Translations under genes and position numbers: made by a program | The notes under the pieces: model-generated | The model's input: only the letters and a program-made list of their open reading frames with translations | Told to the model about the DNA's origin: nothing | Database searches by the model: none | Part shown: positions 57,324 through 64,000 of the stretch, one piece after another | Layout: each line of letters begins with the position of its first letter | Position numbering within the stretch: the first letter of the stretch is position 1 | Origin: Blastocystis sp. Blastoise | Lineage: Eukaryota; Protista; Bigyra: Opalinata | Assembly: GCA_039096225.1 (NCBI GenBank) | Contig: JBBPEB010000030.1 | Location: 930,001 to 994,000, forward strand | Reading direction: 5' to 3' | Length of the DNA stretch: 64,000 nt

Positions 57324-59288
57324 AGGATTAACCTTAATAAGTCCCTCATAATATAAACGGATGAGGGATCCAAACCCCTTTGAGAAACAGCGAATCATCT
57401 GCTTTATCCCATCAAGGGAACACAATGTATCTAGAATCACGTGATAATATCCTTATTAGAAATATATATATATATACTTTTAATAACAATAAATTTTAAT
57501 GTAGCTAAAAAATTTGATTTTTCAATTGTTCTAAAAAAGTAAAATCCAAGATCCGAAATATATTCATCTATATATATATATATTGATGAATATATATATA
57601 TATATATAACTATATATATATATATATATACCAATAACTCTAAAGACCTGTAATGATCCCACGGGGAGAAAGTGAATTAATTCGAAGAAATAACCGATAT
57701 CAATATCTTCAAATCCATTCCCTTTAAAAGTAATTGATTTGACGAATAATAATTTATAGGGAGGAATATCAAACCCTTTTTTAACTATATATATATATAT
57801 ATTATATATAGTATATATAGTATATATTATATATATACGAATAGAGGCGATAGAATCACCACCAGCTTGTGGAGCTATATATATATAAATAATATATATA
57901 TATATATATATAATATATATATACCTTCTTTAGAAATAGCTAAAGGAGTTTGTACAGATTTTGGCGGGAAAACATCTAAATAATAATAATAATAAAAAAA
58001 AAATATATATATATATATATATACTAACAAGATGAATTTCTTCCCAGTATTTACATGAATATAAACTGTTTATTCCAATATATCCAATAGGATTATCTAG
58101 AGAATATATATATAATTATAATCAATTATAATCAATATATAATCAATAATAATCAATATCATAATAATTAAAAATAAACATAATCAATATCATAATAATT
58201 AAAAATAAACATAATCAATATCATAATAATTAAAAATAAATTAAATAATACTAAACATATATATATACGATCTACAATCACATTTAAAGTTCCGTTTGTA
58301 AATTGAATTAATTTTACGATTTTCATCAAACCTTCCGATGTTATATTATTATCTATATATATAAATAAAAATAATTTTATAGAATCATTGCATACCAGCC
58401 ACATTAAGCAGTACAAGAGAATCATATCGAATTGGAGACTTACGGATCCCGCGGGAAATCAGTTGTACACCTTTATCTCCTAAATTATTATCTATAAAAA
58501 CAAGCATTAACTCAAATCAGGTTTATTATATAAAATAGTACTCTGTAATTTAATTTTTCGAAGTTTTGGAACGCCATGAAACAATAAATTCTGTAAACTC
58601 TCTGCTCCAGACTCATCAATTTTACAATCTAAAATTAACAAAAAGTTTAATAAGTAGAATAATAACATTTTAAAGATCCAGGAGTCTTATATACCTTTGA
58701 ATTCAATAATTTCTAACTCTTCTCGAATTTTATCAACTTGAATAGCATCACAAATTTGATCCTTCCACTTTCTAAAAGTTGTTTTTTCTATATTCATAAG
58801 AAATAGGTTATGTGTATCAAATAAAATTTAGAATTCATACGATTTTTGTCGGCTTGAGTTTTTGACTATAGTAAAATAAGTGATAAAAAGAAACATATAT
58901 ATATATATACTCTGTTGTCTTCGGATATTCTTTTTACAGATTGTGGTGTCTCAAGTTCAAGACCATTCGACTTCTTTTGATCTACTTGACTATTTGGAGT
59001 ATTTTCATTCATTTCATTGAATTAATTCCTTTATCCTCTTTCTGTGATCAATAATATTCTATCTCAATATAAATATCGATAAATTCAAATTAGATCAAGT
59101 AATACGAATAAAAACAATTGATCTCTTTCACTTTTTTTCCCTGAAAAGACGTCTGTCGCTCTTTTCAAATTAAATATGTTATATCCAAGATTATCATGGT
59201 TATTTACCAAATTACAACGGATATTTTTTTTCTCTTTGAAATCTATTTTTTTTATTTATATATCGAATATTTTTGCTAAAAATGGCAT
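55615..59288 (-). CDS. RNI-like leucine-rich-repeat protein with a C-terminal KSKKCFCF
   Basis: Repeated LxLxxNxIxxxG units ([41 protein letters not shown]). Many short exons. Start MPFLAKIFD; stop TAA at 55615-55617. Confidence 0.8.
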
Positions 59289-59966
59289 ATTTTATAAATT
59301 TAATATATCCATTTATATCTATTTGGTATTCTAGGTCTGATTTCATAATATATAGAAGTTCATTGTATAATTAGTGTTTGTTAATGTAATGTATTGTGTT
59401 TTCATCAATGTAAACATATTAGATTTTTATTGTAAATACGTGTTGAATTGTCCAATGAAAAAGATAACCTCTCGAGATCATCATTGGCTAATTGGGAAAG
59501 AAAAAGAAGAGAAATATTTTATAATTATTTCATCAAATTGCTATACTTAATGTCTAATGAATGATAATATAGAAATATAGAATTATTATACTATTATAAT
59601 TAGTAAAACTTTAAAAAAACAATAAATATAGCCTTAATTAGTGATAAATTTTGAATTGTAACTTTGTCTATAATTTATCAATAATCAATGAGAATCCAAA
59701 AGGTTGAATTAAGGTTAATAATAACTAATTGAACTGAGTGACTGACGTCTGTTGACAAAGTACTTGATGATAATATATATAGCATATGAATAAATACTTA
59801 AATATAATTTATCACGATTTTATTTAGAATAAATAATAAAGTATATACAAATAATAGTTCAAAAAATGAAAAATTTATAAAACCCGCCTTTTTTTTATTT
59901 TTATCTTTTTTTTAATTATAATATCTGTGATTTCATATTATTCTATAAAATACGTTATAAAAAGGT

Positions 59967-61234
59967 ATGTCAGATACGAATGCTATTTTTATAATTCAAA
60001 AACAAATATGTTCGTTGAGTGAATCGTCAAATTCAACTGATTTCCGGTCTATTTATCATTCAATAAATGATCTATGTGATGAATCGGATTATTCGAATTG
60101 TGCCGTTTGTTGTGATTCTTTATGTCAATTATTATGTCATTGTCCAAATGAATCAAAATCGATTCTCTTGGATTCAGCAATGTGTTTAGAAATGAAAATA
60201 AAGAATTATTTGAAAAATAATTATTCAATTCAAATGGGAATACAAATGATTCAGTCTCTTTTGCAAAGTTATCAATATTATATAAATTACTATTATGTCA
60301 CAACAACATTTGTGTCTGTATTTGCGGAAACTATTGTGATTATCTATGATAAATGTCTCAAAACTAATGAAATCATTGATTCATTCATTAATTCAGAAAT
60401 GAAACAATCATTATCTAATGTATATTATATCATTTTGATTATTAGTTTTTCTTATGTTTCATTTATTTCTTTATTTGTTTATGTAGTTGTGTACACAGCT
60501 GATTGGTTCCTTATATCAGACAATAAATAATCAACAAGAAAGTATTCATGACATTGACGATTATGTCGATGATTTATCTTCTGACAAACAACAGGAATAT
60601 CATTATTATTATATTGTGAATACCTATATAGCTACTATTATTCATATAGACCCCTTTATTTATGATAATGTTTCTGTCATGAATTTAATATGGAAGAACT
60701 CACTCAAACTTCTTTCTAAAGTATATATATATATATAAAATATATATATATTCTTTATATTCCATATTAAATATATTCTATTTTAATTATTTTTTATATA
60801 TGTAATGATACTAGAATTATTATTATTTTTTAAAATAATAGTTAGAAGCAAAAAGCTCCCTTGGGAATATCATGATTCCTGCCTTACAATCGATTATATT
60901 CATGATTACTAAACGATATGAATACATTGAACAACTTCTTACAAAGGAAATTATACGTATATTGTGATATATTCATTATATATATATATATAGCAAATCC
61001 TACTAATGAAAATATTTCTGGTTTTATTTGTTTGTTTCGCTTCTTTTCTGCTATTTTTTCCGGAATATCCAAGTCATATGCATATCTATATATACATGAT
61101 CCACTGTATAATCAATTATTATCCCTATGGAAACATATTCGAGAACTTGTATTATATATATATGTTGTTTCCTTATTTATTATTATTATTTATTATTTAT
61201 ATATAATCTCTCTACAGATAGTCCCGTTATTATT

Positions 61235-61270
<36 letters not shown>

Positions 61271-63765
61271 TTCTTCTTCTTCTCCTTCTCCTCCTCTTCT
61301 TCTCTCTATATATACTTCTCTTACACCTGTTCTTGATGCACTCTATGTCTCCCCTTTCTCCTCATTCTCTAATATACATGACTCCCAATATTATATACAA
61401 ATAACCACGGGAATAATGATTCATGAATATCAACCCATTATTCAAACATTTATCTCTAAAAATACTCTAACACCATTTGTATATATATATAAGAATTCAT
61501 ATATATATAGTTATATATCGAATATATTAATAGAATTCTATATATAGACACTGAATGCTTCCTTTTCTTCGTTATATCTACTACTTCTCTACATTCGCTT
61601 GTTTCCCGCGGTTATTCGTGATATGTCCCCTTCTCCTTTCACTCTTCTTTACCTTCTCTTTGATCAATTGCTACAATTACAAACGTATCTCTTCATTCCT
61701 TTATCCTCTTCCATTCAGAATCAAGGGACAAACACGAATATCTCTGGAAATAACATAGAAAATCGTGGGAATTCTGTAATATCTCTGGATTGCCTCTATA
61801 TTCAATCAGGCAATATCATTCTTGGATATTTAAAATCAATTAATAACCGCGATTATTCGTCATTCTTTCAAGGACTCTATTTTTATTTGTTTCTTCTTCC
61901 TTGTTCTATGTACTCTTTATTTATATATATATATAAACAAATATCACCTTATTGTTATTTTGAAATTATGAATAATTATGGGAATATACCAAATGACAAA
62001 GAAATCACTTGCTTTTTAATGCTTCTCGAAATAACCGCGGGAATCGATACGTCTCTTACACATGGTATATATTCGTTTCTTTCGGAATATTTCTCGTCGT
62101 TCAAGGATGATCAACAATCGTGTTTATTTGATATTTTATGTCCATTGCTCTCTGTCATATCACTCAATCCCCCGATGACGTTACTTGCGTCACTCCCTTG
62201 GGTCTCTATCAAGTATAGTACTATTATTATTATATTCATTATTATTATGTATTTATTATTATAGATTTAGTATATATTTATATATTTATGATTTTACTTA
62301 TTATATCATATATATATAAATCAAAACTTGTTACTATTATCATTTCTAGCTGTCCAAAGAAATCACAATATATTTCCATGATTATTTCGAAGATTACTCC
62401 AAAATTATCATATATTCCCATGGAAAACGATTTATTTGGAATTGAATTATATTCCTCTCTTTACAAATTATTAGCTAATATTATTTCTGTTTCCAATGAA
62501 AATGAAGTATAATAATAATAATAATTATTATTATTATAATTATTATTATTATTATATATATAGGTATCCTCAATTTATTCCTCTCTCTTCTCCTCTCTCT
62601 CTACTACATTCAATTATATCCCTAATTCACTCTATGTATATATATATATAATCCATTTCATGTATGTATTTCCTAGTTATATATGAATCTACTTCCTAAT
62701 ATTCTTCAAAATGACTCTCATTCCCACGGGAATTCATCATCTTTATATGCATGTCTTTCTTTTCTTCTTTCTGTAACACATTTCTTCTATTCACTAACAT
62801 TCAAGGAATATATTCAAAGAAAACAAGAAGATTATGTCAATAACCACGGGAATTTAGATGATTTTTTAGTATTTCGAGAGGTTTATGAGCAAATATATTA
62901 TTCATCGATATATATAGTAATGAGATGCTTATGTATATGTGTTCATAGTAATATTCTTGTCATAGAACAAGTATATATATTATATATTATGTATATTATT
63001 AAAGAAATAATTTTATAGATATTGTTAATGATAAACTAGTTATATGTAATAATTTATAATAATTACATTATTATATATCTTTATTTATAGACATCGATTG
63101 AAACAATGTATAAAACACTAATACGAGATATCCAATTATTTGTCGACAATGAGTCCAGCAATCAAGACACAAAAACACAATTCCCCTTTTTAGTCGACTC
63201 TTTTTATTCAACTCTTTATCATCTATTGAAATATTATCCCCGTGGTTCTTCTATACTTTCTTCCTCCCTTTCTCTCTCTCTCTCCAATTATCTTCAACTA
63301 CAATCTATTTCTCTTCCTCCTTTTTCTGTTTCATCATCGTATATTGCATTATGCTCACTTCAAACAACAGAAAATGAACAACTGAAAACAAAAATACATA
63401 TAATACATTCATTTACAAACAATAACCACGGGAATCAGACAGATAATTTACTAGATAATCCATGTGTTGAAAAGAATCCGTTGACTGATGCAGAATTGTA
63501 TTCCATAGAACATTCTTTAGAACCGTCTGTTTCTCGATATTTATCTATTGCTCAATTACTCAAATCAAATCAAAAATGTATATTATTCTATATATTTCTA
63601 GTATTCTACTATTGCAATATGTTTTATTATTATTATTATTATGCTTCTATATATATACATATAGATACTTCTCTTCTTCAACCTCAACTTGTTTCATTCT
63701 CTGAGAAATTAAATACAATTATATCTTCATATATATCTCTTTCACCTGCAAATAAACTAGAATAA
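59967..63765 (+). CDS. Helical-repeat protein, FIRRM/C1orf112/FLIP-like (multi-exon)
   Basis: NVSVMNLIWKNSLKLL and ICLFRFFSAIFSGISKSY resemble recalled conserved blocks of C1orf112/FLIP (N-x-x-WK; LCRFFANSL). The protein is Leu/Ser/Cys-rich and predicted to be helical. Confidence 0.5.
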
Positions 63766-64000
63766 ATGACATATATAATTATTGAAAACAATTCTCGTTT
63801 TCTTTTGTGTATCTATGAATATTATTATTTACTACAGTTTTAAACTACAATTTTGAAAGTTAAATAATTCAATGACAAATGAATAACAAAACGCAATTTT
63901 TTAAATATACAATAAATCTGAAAACAGCACAAAAATAAATCTTATTATTTATATATATAGAAGCGAACAGGATTCATGGATATTAGACTACAAAAATCCT

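Overview
Extremely AT-rich, intron-rich eukaryotic nuclear DNA with GT-AG introns packed with (TA)n and (AAT)n microsatellites. It is probably a Blastocystis-like stramenopile; this is inferred from TGTTTGTT 3'-end motifs and the formin type. Host genes: a 5'-truncated unknown gene, two tandem BTB/POZ + LRR-like paralogs, a giant PTEN-C2/PHD/CCDC53-like-repeat/FH2 formin, CacyBP/SIP, a SMIM15-like micro-protein, a class-3 lipase, a REDIC1/C12orf40-like gene, an RNI-like LRR protein with a CaaX-like end, and a FIRRM/C1orf112-like gene. The main structure is a 19.7-kb Mutator-like DNA transposon (24633-44354) with perfect 52-bp TIRs and a 9-bp TSD, inserted between the divergent formin and CacyBP starts. 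It encodes an apparently intact 5-exon, 869-aa DDE transposase and carries about 8 kb of decayed captured host genes. A 6.3-kb non-autonomous Helitron sits inside transposase intron 2 and carries its own repeat arrays and a divergent pair of spliced transcription units. Independently, a 14-bp quasi-palindromic motif (ATAACCRYGGGAAT / ATTCCCRYGGGAAT) recurs about 19 times, mostly inside exons and in different reading frames, which suggests an undescribed DNA-level signal. All exon boundaries and homologies were read by eye and are not database-verified.
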